64,000 nucleotides of DNA from Actinomycetota bacterium. Lineage in GTDB: Bacteria; Actinomycetota; Acidimicrobiia; Acidimicrobiales; JAMCPD01. The stretch is from assembly GCA_023379935.1 (NCBI GenBank), contig JAMCPD010000017.1, positions 67,420 through 131,419 of the forward strand, in the 5' to 3' direction. The first letter of the stretch is position 1. Every line of letters begins with the position of its first letter. Below the pieces are notes generated by a model that made no database searches, was not told the origin of the DNA, and was given only the letters and a program-made list of their open reading frames with translations. Of the stretch, positions 38,999-48,394 are shown one piece after another. The position numbers and the translations under genes are program-made.

Positions 38999-39053
38999 AT
39001 AGGGAGCAGTTTTTCTCTAGCTATTTCTGGTTAGCGAGTATATACTTATAATC

Positions 39054-40289
39054 ATGTCCAATAAGCAAACCTTTATAGTTGTGGGTGGGGGCTTAGCGGG
39101 TGCAAAGGCAGTTGAAACTTTACGCACCGAAGGCTTTGACGGAGACATAATACTTTTTACCGAAGAAGCAGTGCGTCCCTATCAACGGCCGCCTTTGTCG
39201 AAAGATTATCTGCGCAGGGAAGCCGGTTTTGATCAATGTGCTGTTCATGATGAGAACTTTTACACAGCTAACAATATTGAACTGCATACTTCCAGTAGAG
39301 TTGTGGAAATTAATCCAGCAACATCAAAGGTAACGCTTGCTTCAGGTGAAGTTTTTTGCTACACAAAGCTTTTATTGGCCACAGGTTCTGTTCCGCGACG
39401 GTTGATGATACCCGGTGCTGAGCTGAACGGTGTTAACTATCTGAGAGACATTTCTGATGCGGATAATTTGACCGATGTTGTTACCGCTACTGCCGGTGCA
39501 AAACGGCGAGTTGTTATAGTTGGAAGTGGATGGATTGGTTCAGAAGTAGCTGCTTCTATCCGTGAAATGGGTGCGGAAGTGTCTGTAGTTGAGCTGGCAT
39601 CCGTTCCCTTAGAACGCGTACTTGGGACTGAGGTTGGTTCTTTCTATCGGGATTTACATATTGAACATGGAGTTGATATGCATTTTGGCGTGGGAATTGA
39701 GGCTATTCGCGGCGCTACATCGGTAGAGGAGGTTGTTCTGAGCGATGGTACTGTGCTTGACTGCGCTGTTGTGGTAGTCGGTATTGGAGTTTTTCCACGT
39801 ACTGAGCTGGCCGAAGCAGTTGGGCTCAGCGTGAACAACGGTATAGTAACCGATGAATACCTAAAGACTTCAGAACGGAATATTTATGCAGCCGGTGATG
39901 TAGCTACTGTTTTTTATCCGTTTTACCAAACACATATCCACCTTGAACACTGGTCAGCCGCTATAAATCAAGGTCCCATAGCTGCTCGCAATATGCTTGG
40001 TATTTCCGACATATATGAGCAAATTCCATACTTTTACTCGGATCAGTATGATGTCGGTATGGAGTATACGGGCTTTGCTCCCACTTGGGACCAAATACTG
40101 TTTCGTGGCAACCCGGCGACAAAGCAGTTCATAACTTTTTGGCTGGATAAAACCGGACGTGTGCTCGCAGGAATGAATGTGAATGTTTGGGAAGTTGCCC
40201 CCGCCATTGAAGCCCTTATTCGCAGCTGCAAACCGGTTGATCTTGAACAGCTTGTTAATCCTAATGTTGATTTAGCAAGCTTGGTGTGA
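39054..40289 (+). CDS. FAD-dependent pyridine-nucleotide oxidoreductase (ferredoxin/rubredoxin reductase type)
   Basis: FAD fold VVGGGLAGAKA, NAD fold IVGSGWIGSEVA, and AAGDVA. TATACT at 39041-39046 lies 7 nt before the ATG with no SD. Confidence 0.85.
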   Translation: MSNKQTFIVVGGGLAGAKAVETLRTEGFDGDIILFTEEAVRPYQRPPLSKDYLRREAGFDQCAVHDENFYTANNIELHTSSRVVEINPATSKVTLASGEVFCYTKLLLATGSVPRRLMIPGAELNGVNYLRDISDADNLTDVVTATAGAKRRVVIVGSGWIGSEVAASIREMGAEVSVVELASVPLERVLGTEVGSFYRDLHIEHGVDMHFGVGIEAIRGATSVEEVVLSDGTVLDCAVVVVGIGVFPRTELAEAVGLSVNNGIVTDEYLKTSERNIYAAGDVATVFYPFYQTHIHLEHWSAAINQGPIAARNMLGISDIYEQIPYFYSDQYDVGMEYTGFAPTWDQILFRGNPATKQFITFWLDKTGRVLAGMNVNVWEVAPAIEALIRSCKPVDLEQLVNPNVDLASLV

Positions 40290-40310
40290 ACCGTCGCCCG
40301 CGTTCACCTG

Positions 40311-41150
40311 TTATGAAATGGCGCCGAAAAGCGGGTCACCGCCTTTTTCTATAACTTTAGCGGAGATTGGTTCTAATATATCAAACAGATCATCAAGCTG
40401 ATCTGATATGGCAAGCAGGATGTCTGCCTCTCCTTCATCGGTAACGGCCTCTATCTCACTTCGTAAATCGTTACCTTTTTGCGTAAGTTGTTCCCCTTCA
40501 ACTAGCCCTCTTGAGTGCAGTGAGTTGATTCCGTCGCCAATTTGCTCTTCCGACCATCCTCTAGTTACTGTATGATGGCCTCTTATCGGTGCGCCTCTCC
40601 ACGCGTTGGACAACAGTTCAATCTCTATACCGGACAGCCTTTGAAGTGTCCAGGCACAAACATGACTGTCGCCTCTGTGTTCCCTTACAAGATCGCTAGC
40701 TCTCCATAGTGCACCCAGCGGGTCATCAGGCCATGGAAGAGATTTCAAACCTGCAAACAATGGGTGTCCCTCAATTCTTGCCGCTTCTGTACCTTTCCGC
40801 AGTATCTCTGTTGCTTTTTGAACCCCCGGCGGCAGCTGATCATCAAGCAGTCGCTTTAAGTTTGAAACAGCGCCTTCTAACCGGGCTTGAAGCAGTTTTT
40901 CAGGAGTTGTATGCGACCATCCTTCTTCAACAGCCAAGGCGACGACAGCGGGATTGAAAGTACCAAATATTGCTGCCACCACATTTCCGTTTAAGCGACC
41001 CAAACAAGCCGAGCGGCTGCAAAAATATCCCGGTAGAAAGGACACTCCAAGATCTTGATAAAGTTTGAAAGCGTCGCCAGAAAAATAAACGCTTGCGGCT
41101 ATCGGTTCGACTAAATCTCTGAGTTTACGGCTTTTGCTGTGTATGTCCAT
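40311..41150 (-). CDS. conserved actinobacterial hypothetical protein (SCO6745-like, from memory)
   Basis: 279 aa, starting ...LVEPIAASVYFSGDAFKLYQDLG...GYFCSRSACLG. This pattern recurs in actinobacterial proteins of unknown function. The family name is unverified. Confidence 0.4.
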   Translation of the reverse strand: MDIHSKSRKLRDLVEPIAASVYFSGDAFKLYQDLGVSFLPGYFCSRSACLGRLNGNVVAAIFGTFNPAVVALAVEEGWSHTTPEKLLQARLEGAVSNLKRLLDDQLPPGVQKATEILRKGTEAARIEGHPLFAGLKSLPWPDDPLGALWRASDLVREHRGDSHVCAWTLQRLSGIEIELLSNAWRGAPIRGHHTVTRGWSEEQIGDGINSLHSRGLVEGEQLTQKGNDLRSEIEAVTDEGEADILLAISDQLDDLFDILEPISAKVIEKGGDPLFGAIS

Positions 41151-41257
41151 ATACCGGCTGTTCCTTTCTGCATTTTTTTATTTTATCAAGTTTAGTATCT
41201 TCCGATTGACGTGAGCTAATTCACACTGTTATTTCATTCGCTGTCTGGGATTGTCCT

Positions 41258-41291
41258 CTTTTCCAACTGGCATTCTTTTCCAACTGGCATT
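41258..41291. repeat. 17-bp perfect tandem duplication (intergenic)
   Basis: cttttccaactggcatt occurs twice in direct succession. Confidence 0.9.
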
Positions 41292-41439
41292 CAAAAATTG
41301 TAGAAAAATCTTCCGCTCACGACTAGGGCGAACAGCTTTCTCAAGGGACCAACGTTTCGGCAAAACAACAGCCCGATAATCTGGACTTTGATCTCCAAGG
41401 ATTTTTTGACGCGATTGTAGTAAAGTATTTAAAAACAGC

Positions 41440-41511
41440 GCCGGCGTGGCGCAGTGGTAGCGCAGGCGATTTGTAATCGTCAGGTCGTGGGTTCAATCCC
41501 CTCCGCCGGCT
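41440..41511 (+). tRNA. tRNA-Thr (anticodon UGU)
   Basis: Folded by hand. The acceptor stem is GCCGGCG/CGCCGGC, the D stem GCGC/GCGC, and the anticodon stem GGCGA/TCGTC with loop TTTGTAA. The T loop is TTCAATC, with one U-U mismatch in the T stem. CCA is not encoded. Confidence 0.85.
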
Positions 41512-41533
41512 CAAGAATTATGTAGATTATTTT

Positions 41534-41995
41534 TTACTTGGCCTTTGTGGTTATCAGGTTGCCTGTTGGAGAAGGTACATACCAGTATCCCCCGAACTGA
41601 TAAAGACCTTGGCCAGCCATCATTCCGGGCCGGCTGTCAGCACTAAAGGTATAAAGTGGGTGCTTGGCGTAACTGAGTTGATATGCTCCAGAAGGGCGTT
41701 TTATTTTACCCACCAATAAATGGTTGATGCCGGGTCCGAGTTTTAAACTGCCATTTATAATCAAAGGGGGCCATAAAGCAGTACAAGCTCCGTGCAAACA
41801 AGCAGTTTTATGGGGGGTATCAAGCGAAAATGCATAAAGGGTCATACCCGATTTTGTGGTGATAATCGCACCGTAAGCTGAATGGCGGACTTCAAGTGTT
41901 GTGTGTGTGGCGCTTTCAGTCGTAGCAGTGCATCCAGCCAGCATTGCAGCTAAAAGTAGCAAAGTTAGAGTTTTTATTTTATTTCTCGGTTTCAC
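41534..41995 (-). CDS. secreted lipoprotein, COG4315-type (Yx[FWY]xxD repeat)
   Basis: Lipobox LAGC, with the repeated motifs MTLYAFSLD and HPLYTFSAD. Confidence 0.7.
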   Translation of the reverse strand: MKPRNKIKTLTLLLLAAMLAGCTATTESATHTTLEVRHSAYGAIITTKSGMTLYAFSLDTPHKTACLHGACTALWPPLIINGSLKLGPGINHLLVGKIKRPSGAYQLSYAKHPLYTFSADSRPGMMAGQGLYQFGGYWYVPSPTGNLITTKAK

Positions 41996-42408
41996 TCCTT
42001 TGCTCCATCTGCTTTCAATGGTGGATCTTTATGGCGACCGGCAGTGTAGAGGACCGATGCTAACGCACCTACCAGTTCAGCTGTAACCCCAAACCCTCCC
42101 GAATAGGAGATTTTCGGTTCATGAAATGCGAACAAGTTTCCCCGCAAAGCAATCATGTAACCTCCAAAAACTCCAATCAGAAAACAGGCGATTATGCCAG
42201 CCAGTATGCGTCCGGGCCTCACGGCAAATGCTGTGGCAAAGATAAAACTTAAAATAACAGTAGCCAAAAACAACGGCCCTATGGTTGGTATGGCATCGTA
42301 CTGTTCACGGGCATAGAGGTTGAGATGTACAATGCCTACTATCGCGAGAGCTGCTACAGTGATCCAACGAAACAGATTAACATGGTTGTATAGGTTAAAT
42401 TTCATCAA
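41992..42408 (-). CDS. 4-TM membrane protein, unknown function
   Basis: 138 aa with four hydrophobic helices. It overlaps the downstream lipoprotein gene by 4 nt. Confidence 0.5.
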   Translation of the reverse strand: MMKFNLYNHVNLFRWITVAALAIVGIVHLNLYAREQYDAIPTIGPLFLATVILSFIFATAFAVRPGRILAGIIACFLIGVFGGYMIALRGNLFAFHEPKISYSGGFGVTAELVGALASVLYTAGRHKDPPLKADGAKE

Positions 42409-42508
42409 TACGATACTTCTATAGCTTATTATTTCACACTTTCTTACTTAATATGTGTCGTAATTAATTTTTTTTAATTTGATTAATGTGCTAATCAATG
42501 TTTATAAT

Positions 42509-43477
42509 ATGAAGATGATGTATCAGTTTCGTTGGTTGCTGGGGTTGGCAACAATCACACTTTTGTTTAGTGCTTGTTCTATATTCCCGACTGGCGGTAC
42601 TGACGGGGGTGGGATCCCCCAAACATACCCAATTGGTAATTTTAGTGCTGCCTTACATGCAGAGTTGTTTGCTCCTACCGCTATGCCTGCGGGATCGAAT
42701 AATTGGTCTTGTCATCCATCTGCTAATCACCCATACCCGGTAGTACTTGTACACGGTACTTTTGCTAACGCGGCATTTAGCTGGCAAGCACTTTCTCCTA
42801 TGCTTGCCGATGTAGGCTACTGTGTTTATGCATTGAATTATGGCCAAACAGCCGAATCGTTTGGACGTATATTTGGATTGGCTCCAATAGAGCAATCTGC
42901 GGGGCAGCTTGAGTCTTTTATAAATAAGGTGTTGAGTTCTACCGGTGCTGCCCAAGTTGATATAGTAGGCCATTCACAGGGTGGTATGATGCCGCGGTAT
43001 TACTTGAAATTTTTAGGTGGCGCCCCGAAAGTCCATATGTTGGTGGGGTTGGCACCCTCCAATCACGGCACTACCGCCAGTAACATAGGTACATTGGCGT
43101 TGGAGTTGGAGCAGTTGGGATTTCCGACTTTGAGCCAACTTGGTTGCTCGGCTTGTCAGGAGCAAGAGTATAACTCTTCTTTTATTCAGCAACTCAATGC
43201 TGGTGGTGATACTCTTCCTGGGGTTGACTATGTGGTAATTATTTCCAAGTATGATGAGTTTATAACTCCTTATACATCTGCATTTTTAAATGGCACCAAT
43301 GTTGACAACATTACTCTTCAAAATCTTTGTTCGACTGACTATACCGATCACATAGGCATTCTTTATGACCCCGTAGCGCTTGAAGAGGTTATGAATGTTT
43401 TAGGGCCTGACAATCCTTCCTTTAAGCCACAGTGCAGTGTTGTGCTTCCTGTAGTTGGCGGAACAACTGGTGGGTGA
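42509..43477 (+). CDS. secreted lipase / alpha-beta hydrolase lipoprotein
   Basis: Lipobox LLFSAC, the oxyanion region PVVLVHGT, and the nucleophile elbow GHSQGG. I prefer the ATG at 42509 to the TTG at 42479. Confidence 0.8.
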   Translation: MKMMYQFRWLLGLATITLLFSACSIFPTGGTDGGGIPQTYPIGNFSAALHAELFAPTAMPAGSNNWSCHPSANHPYPVVLVHGTFANAAFSWQALSPMLADVGYCVYALNYGQTAESFGRIFGLAPIEQSAGQLESFINKVLSSTGAAQVDIVGHSQGGMMPRYYLKFLGGAPKVHMLVGLAPSNHGTTASNIGTLALELEQLGFPTLSQLGCSACQEQEYNSSFIQQLNAGGDTLPGVDYVVIISKYDEFITPYTSAFLNGTNVDNITLQNLCSTDYTDHIGILYDPVALEEVMNVLGPDNPSFKPQCSVVLPVVGGTTGG

Positions 43478-43950
43478 TTAAAAAAGCCGCCGCCGGATAT
43501 ACTCTGAGTCTTTTGGCGTTTTTATCTCTTATTGCTTTAGGTGTAGCACTGAGTCTATTGGATTCAACTTTTGCACAGGCAACCTTAGGTGCGGCAGTTG
43601 TGTATTTTCTTGTGGTAGGGGTGGTATTGATTGTTCTGCTTTTACCAAAAGACATTAAATTCAAGGTTGTAACCTATTTTTCTTACAAACAAAACGAAAT
43701 TACCCCCCCTTTCGAATCCAGGTCGGGCAATAATATAGGGCAAAATGCAACTTTCCGCCCTCCACTCAGGGGGATTACTATATGGGGGTTACTTTTTGCG
43801 ATGGTGGTTGCATGGGAGTTTTTGGCTCTTTTCACTCCTCCCGATAAAGCTCACCTCACTATTAGTGCACTGTCACTTCACTATCAGATATTCCATATGA
43901 TAGCCTTCTTTGTTTGGGCAGCAGCCGGGGTGGGCTTGATATGCATTTGA
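43474..43950 (+). CDS. membrane protein, unknown function
   Basis: The GTG at 43474 overlaps the lipase stop (GTGA). About 4 TM helices. Confidence 0.45.
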   Translation: MIKKAAAGYTLSLLAFLSLIALGVALSLLDSTFAQATLGAAVVYFLVVGVVLIVLLLPKDIKFKVVTYFSYKQNEITPPFESRSGNNIGQNATFRPPLRGITIWGLLFAMVVAWEFLALFTPPDKAHLTISALSLHYQIFHMIAFFVWAAAGVGLICI

Positions 43951-44183
43951 CTATACCGCCTGTTGAGCTAGCGGTTGTTGTTGGCTCCAACCTGGTTGTC
44001 GGTTTTCTGTTCTGGGCTGTGGTATTATGTGTAGGAGTACTGATTGAAATAGCAGGGATAAAACACCGGGCAGGTTTTGTCAGCATCGGTATTTTCGGAA
44101 AATGGCTTGCATCGCATAAACCGGTGCGGTTTTTGTTGATTGCAGGTTGGGCTTATGCAGGGTGGCACTTATTTTTGCATTAG
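43941..44183 (+). CDS. small membrane protein, unknown function
   Basis: The ATG at 43941 overlaps the upstream gene's end. Two to three TM helices. Confidence 0.4.
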   Translation: MHLTIPPVELAVVVGSNLVVGFLFWAVVLCVGVLIEIAGIKHRAGFVSIGIFGKWLASHKPVRFLLIAGWAYAGWHLFLH

Positions 44184-44185
44184 CT

Positions 44186-44689
44186 TTACCGTATTGGCTT
44201 TATAAGTACTATCGCCAGGCAAGCTATCCCTTCTTTACTACCCAAGCTCCCCATAGTTTCCGGGCTGGTGCCTTTCACGTTTACCTCTGTAGAGCATGCT
44301 TGAGACAGTTGCTCAGCCATAAGTGGCTTATACGGTGTCAAGTTGGGGGTTTGCGCAATGACAGTGCAGTCTATATTGACCGGTTCCCAGCCGGCTTGTC
44401 GCAGCATTGCAACCACACTGCACAAAAGCTCCATACTGTCAGCATTAGCCCATTTAGGATCAGTGTCGGGAAAATATTTACCTAAATCCCCGAGTCCAGC
44501 GGCACCGAGCAAGGCATCGGATATTGCGTGGGCAAGTACATCTCCATCACTGTGTCCCTGGAGTTTGGGATGATCAGAAATATGAACTCCCCCCAGGATC
44601 AATGAAGAGGCATTCATACTGTTTTGGTCAAATTTGTGAATATCAAATCCCTGACCTATTTTAAACTTATCCTGTTGTATAGTCGGCAT
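44186..44689 (-). CDS. ispF: 2-C-methyl-D-erythritol 2,4-cyclodiphosphate synthase
   Basis: The motifs GQGFDIHKF, GHSDGDVLAHAI and DLGKYFPD match IspF signatures. Confidence 0.95.
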   Translation of the reverse strand: MPTIQQDKFKIGQGFDIHKFDQNSMNASSLILGGVHISDHPKLQGHSDGDVLAHAISDALLGAAGLGDLGKYFPDTDPKWANADSMELLCSVVAMLRQAGWEPVNIDCTVIAQTPNLTPYKPLMAEQLSQACSTEVNVKGTSPETMGSLGSKEGIACLAIVLIKPIR

Positions 44690-44696
44690 TTCTAAT

Positions 44697-45410
44697 CTAC
44701 TCTAATCCGTCTTCACTTTCTCCAAGCAAGAGTTCTGCTATCTTTAAATCACTGGGGGCAGTGATTTTTATGTTTTTGGCTTCACCGGGCACTACTACTA
44801 CAGTACCACCACAATTTTCCACCAAGCTTGCATCATCTGTTGCCTCCGGTTGGTTTTGATGAGCTAACCTCAATATGGAAGCATTGAAAGCTTGAGGGGT
44901 TTGTGACACAACAAGCTCTTCACGATTAATGGTTGAGATGACCTTGTTATTCGCCTGGTGCTTGATGGTATCTGTTACGGCCAATCCGGGTATAGCTCCA
45001 TCCGCTCCTCGTTCAACAGCTTCTATCACCAGTTTGAAAAGGGATACAGAAGCCAATGGACGAACAGCATCGTGAACAACGATTATTTCCACGTTATCCG
45101 GTACTTTTGCCAGCCCCCGCCGAACCGAATCTGCTCTGGTTTCTCCGCCGGCTGTCACTATTGTATTTGGCGGGGTGTCGAATTGATCCACAAATTCGGC
45201 TGGTACGACGACTACTGCACCTTGGCAAACAGCTAGAGCATTTTTTAAACTCCAAAACACAACCGGGTGTCCGCCTAATGAACTAAACTGCTTTAAACTT
45301 CCAAAACGTATCCCCGCTCCTCCGGCTACGACTACGCTCCATGCAACTAGAGCCAGTGTATTTCCTTCCAGTGTGCTTCCTTCCAGTGTGCTTCCTTTAA
45401 GGTAACGCAC
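44697..45410 (-). CDS. ispD: 2-C-methyl-D-erythritol 4-phosphate cytidylyltransferase
   Basis: VVVAGGAGIRFG, VVHDAVRP and TPQAF. The N-terminus carries GSTLE GSTLE GNTL, encoded by a 15-bp tandem repeat at 45353-45397. The gene overlaps carD by 14 nt. Confidence 0.9.
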   Translation of the reverse strand: MRYLKGSTLEGSTLEGNTLALVAWSVVVAGGAGIRFGSLKQFSSLGGHPVVFWSLKNALAVCQGAVVVVPAEFVDQFDTPPNTIVTAGGETRADSVRRGLAKVPDNVEIIVVHDAVRPLASVSLFKLVIEAVERGADGAIPGLAVTDTIKHQANNKVISTINREELVVSQTPQAFNASILRLAHQNQPEATDDASLVENCGGTVVVVPGEAKNIKITAPSDLKIAELLLGESEDGLE

Positions 45411-46215
45411 CGTCTAATGTTTTTTCAGCTTCTTCTTCGTTGATGTTCAAAGCGAATGTCAACTCCGAAACTAAAATTTGGCGTGCTCTCGACAGCATAC
45501 GTTTTTCTCCGGCTGAAAGTCCGTTGTCCTTGTAACGAATAGTAAGGTTTCTGACCACTTCGGCTACTTGATAAATTTCCCCCGATTTGAGCTTTTCTAC
45601 ATGGTTTTTATAACGCCTTGACCAGTTTGTAGGCATTCTAGCCTCCTTTTTCCCCAACACAGCCAACACTTCCATAACCTCTTTTTTATTGATGACATCA
45701 CGTAACCCTACTGTTTCCGTGTTATCTTCCGGTATCATCAATGTCAAATTTCCGTAAGCCAGCTCCAGTATCAGGTAGTTTTTTGTTATTCCAAAAGCCT
45801 TTTTCTTTTCCAGGCTTTTGATTGTTGCCGCACCATGATGAGGATATACTACCCTGTCGCCAACCCTGAAAACCCTAGGTGGCGACTTTGGCTTAACCTT
45901 CACCTCCTTCTTGCTCTCTACTTTTTCTACTATAAGTGGCCCATTGGCAGGAGTTGTACCCGGCGGTGATTTTCTTGAAGTACCGACCTTAGCAGCAGTC
46001 TTAGCAGTACCGGCCTTAGCAGCAGCCTTAGTAACAGCGGCCTTAGTAGCAGTCTTAGCAGTACCGGCCTTAGCAGCAGTCTTAGTAACAGCGGCCTTAG
46101 TAGCAGTCTTAGCAGTACCGGCCTTAGCAGCAGTCTTAGTAACAGCGGCCTTAGTAGCAGTCTTAGCAGTACCGGCCTTATTTTTTAAACTATTTTTTGT
46201 AGTAGTTCTGGGCAC
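45397..46215 (-). CDS. carD: CarD-family RNAP-binding regulator with ~110-aa Ala/Lys/Thr-rich N-terminal repeat extension
   Basis: The CarD core (FRVGDRVVYPHHGAATI...RMPTNWSRRYK...) is preceded by AGTAKTATKAAVTKTAAK x3.4. I chose the GTG at 46215 as start, 6 nt after GAGGTG, over the ORF-track start at 46272. Confidence 0.85.
   Translation of the reverse strand: MPRTTTKNSLKNKAGTAKTATKAAVTKTAAKAGTAKTATKAAVTKTAAKAGTAKTATKAAVTKAAAKAGTAKTAAKVGTSRKSPPGTTPANGPLIVEKVESKKEVKVKPKSPPRVFRVGDRVVYPHHGAATIKSLEKKKAFGITKNYLILELAYGNLTLMIPEDNTETVGLRDVINKKEVMEVLAVLGKKEARMPTNWSRRYKNHVEKLKSGEIYQVAEVVRNLTIRYKDNGLSAGEKRMLSRARQILVSELTFALNINEEEAEKTLDGALP
45995..46180 (-). repeat. 54-bp tandem repeat, 3.4 copies, in-frame in carD
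   Basis: The unit gcagtcttagcagtaccggccttagcagcagtcttagtaacagcggccttagta starts at 45995, 46049, 46103 and 46157, with one substitution. Confidence 0.92.
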
Positions 46216-46291
46216 AAAATTCACCTCAAATATACGCAATCCGATAAAAGTAAGTATAGCACACGTACACACATATCAGCATTCGCCATGG

Positions 46292-47404
46292 CTACCAGTT
46301 ATAGTGTCCCAGTATGCTTGTTTCAACTAATCGAAGGACTCCGTCCTTGGCTAACCTGGCTTTTTGAGGGCCTACACCTTCAATCGCTTCCAACTCCTTT
46401 TCAGAAGCTCTTATAACTTTTTGTAAAGTGCAAAACTTATCAACTATCTTGTCTATCACCGCCGGAGAAAGTTTAGGAATGCGATAAAGTAGTCTGTATC
46501 CCCGCGGTTCTAAGGGGATGTCTATGCTGGTATGGGAGTTGGGTAGATCCAGTATGGTTGCCACCTTATTTAAATCAAACAGTTCCTCTGTTGGCAGCGT
46601 GGAAAGTTTTTTCATTACTTCATCAATGCGTTCCATGGTTACTTGAGGTGTCGAGATACCGTTTATGCCGGCTGTATTTGAGCTTAAATAGTCCTTTATA
46701 ACCAGCCTGTATTCATCTTGGACTCCTCCAAGTAACTCCTTTTCCTGCAGTTCCACCAGACGACCATCCTTGCCCAGTTCAATCAGGTACTCCTCAATTT
46801 CATCGCTTATGCGCATTGCCATTTCACAGCGTTGTAAAACTTCAACCACGTCTCGAACGGTAACAGAATCTCCAATTTCGTGAGCGTTAAGTTCAGCATT
46901 TACTGTATCCAGTCGGTTTTTGAAACGCTCCAAAGTTTGAAGAGCCTGGTTAGCTTTGTTGGTTATCCATTGCGTAGGCGGTATTAGATACTTTTCTGTA
47001 TTACGGTAAAGAGCAATTGTTGACATTGTTTCTGAAGCAGATATGACAGGTACGTCGATAGAACGAGCTACACGTTCAGCTGTGCGATGCCTTGTGCCTG
47101 TTTCATCGGTGGGTATGGAAGCTGATGGCACGAGGTGAACGTTTGCCATTACTATTTCGGTGGCCTCTTGATTTAAGATGATGGCACCATCCATTTTGGC
47201 AAGCTCATAGAGCATTTGGGGGGTAAAAGGAGTATTAACCGGGAATCCTCCTGAGCATATATCCAGTACATCAGCTTGGTCACCTATAACGATTAAAACA
47301 CCCTTGTTGGCGTGGAGTATATGATCCAAACCTTCTCGTAACGGTTGCCCGGGCGCTATCATTTTCAAGGCGTCTTTCATAGACTGAGTCCACTGGTTTA
47401 TCAT
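46292..47404 (-). CDS. disA: DNA integrity scanning protein DisA (diadenylate cyclase)
   Basis: DAC domain motifs DGAIIL and GTRHRTAERV, plus a C-terminal HhH region (EGVGPQKARL). Confidence 0.93.
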   Translation of the reverse strand: MINQWTQSMKDALKMIAPGQPLREGLDHILHANKGVLIVIGDQADVLDICSGGFPVNTPFTPQMLYELAKMDGAIILNQEATEIVMANVHLVPSASIPTDETGTRHRTAERVARSIDVPVISASETMSTIALYRNTEKYLIPPTQWITNKANQALQTLERFKNRLDTVNAELNAHEIGDSVTVRDVVEVLQRCEMAMRISDEIEEYLIELGKDGRLVELQEKELLGGVQDEYRLVIKDYLSSNTAGINGISTPQVTMERIDEVMKKLSTLPTEELFDLNKVATILDLPNSHTSIDIPLEPRGYRLLYRIPKLSPAVIDKIVDKFCTLQKVIRASEKELEAIEGVGPQKARLAKDGVLRLVETSILGHYNW

Positions 47405-47422
47405 AGTTTTATACTACAATAA

Positions 47423-48370
47423 TTAAGGTTTGGTGGTTTCGAAACGTTTCTGTAACTGCTCAACAAACTTATACCCCTGGGGGTGCCAACGCAACAAGTC
47501 TGCTTGGGTAGACGGTCGTGCAAGCATCCAGGAATGACCTCCGGGTACCCACAAAATAGGTTGACCGATGAGGCGGGAAAACTCTTCAGCTGTTTCAGCT
47601 GTAGCTATTTTGTCAAAACAGCCCCAAACGGGTAATACCGGGATATTGCCCGTTTTGGCCAGTTGCTTTACCTGGTTGGTAAGATCAGATGCAAACATCA
47701 TTGCCCCTACGGGTATTGTCCGTCCCAATGCACGCACGTTACGTTTAGCGTCGGGCCAAAGGGAACGAGCTGTAGAAAGTACACGACCGGCTGCCAAGTC
47801 AGGCAAATCTAAAGCGGCTGCAGCCACAAGGTCGGCGATTGATGCCACGTCAGGTGCGATACCACTCAAGAGAGATACGACAAGGCCTTTCCTGTGTTTC
47901 CAAGCAGGAGTGGCCGCCCCATCACGGTAGATGATACCCAGTGTACGCTCAGGATATTCAGCAGCAAAACTTACCGCTATTGCTCCCCCCATAGAGTGCC
48001 CAAGTATTACAGCTCTTTCTACTCCAAAGACATCCATCAAATTGGCTATTTCCTTTGCCATAATAGGCATGGTCACTTTTCCCCATGGCAACGAGTCACT
48101 ACCCCCAAAACCCGGCAGGCTGGGGTTGATTACTTTCCAGCCCAGTATAGAAGCGATCCTGGCACTCTCTCTCCAGTACATACCCCCCCCGGCGAAATAT
48201 CCGTGTATGTTTACCGCCCAAAGGGTATCGGTTGGTTGGCCCGGATCAAGGGCGTTATCCGATACCGCATAGCGCAAACGCCGGCTGCTTATATATGTTG
48301 CGCCTGGTATCATACGGATATTAGTCATACTTCTTCTTTCCTCACGGTATTTCTTATAGTTTTCTTTCAA
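47423..48370 (-). CDS. alpha/beta hydrolase
   Basis: Nucleophile elbow GHSMGG and alpha/beta-fold length. The start may be the internal ATG (MTNIRM...). Confidence 0.7.
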   Translation of the reverse strand: MKENYKKYREERRSMTNIRMIPGATYISSRRLRYAVSDNALDPGQPTDTLWAVNIHGYFAGGGMYWRESARIASILGWKVINPSLPGFGGSDSLPWGKVTMPIMAKEIANLMDVFGVERAVILGHSMGGAIAVSFAAEYPERTLGIIYRDGAATPAWKHRKGLVVSLLSGIAPDVASIADLVAAAALDLPDLAAGRVLSTARSLWPDAKRNVRALGRTIPVGAMMFASDLTNQVKQLAKTGNIPVLPVWGCFDKIATAETAEEFSRLIGQPILWVPGGHSWMLARPSTQADLLRWHPQGYKFVEQLQKRFETTKP

Positions 48371-48394
48371 TAGTCTTTCTCGTTAGTATTTATT

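Noticed and set aside
42479-42508. ORF-track start (TTG at 42479) for the lipase.
   Set aside because: The extra 10 residues (MINVLINVYN) precede a textbook lipoprotein signal that starts at the ATG at 42509. The upstream sequence is AT-rich and promoter-like.
41151-44183. tRNA-Thr as an integration site for a genomic island (lipoprotein, membrane proteins and lipase downstream).
   Set aside because: I found no integrase, no duplicated tRNA 3' end, and no obvious compositional shift. The genes look like ordinary actinobacterial envelope genes.
45995-46180. Possibility that the regular tandem repeats (here, at 5873-6046 and at 60489-60664) are CRISPR arrays.
   Set aside because: The units abut directly with no unique spacers and are in-frame coding repeats. 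No cas genes are present in the window.
45911-46330. Plus-strand 139-aa ORF rich in LAVPALAAVLVTAALVAV.
   Set aside because: It is the antisense reading of the carD Ala/Lys/Thr repeat. The carD frame continues into a clearly conserved CarD core.
47568-48373. Three plus-strand ORFs (47568-47930, 47894-48373, 47931-48272).
   Set aside because: They are antisense to the alpha/beta hydrolase gene that carries the GHSMGG motif. Their composition is Arg/Ser/Pro-rich and looks like a shadow frame.
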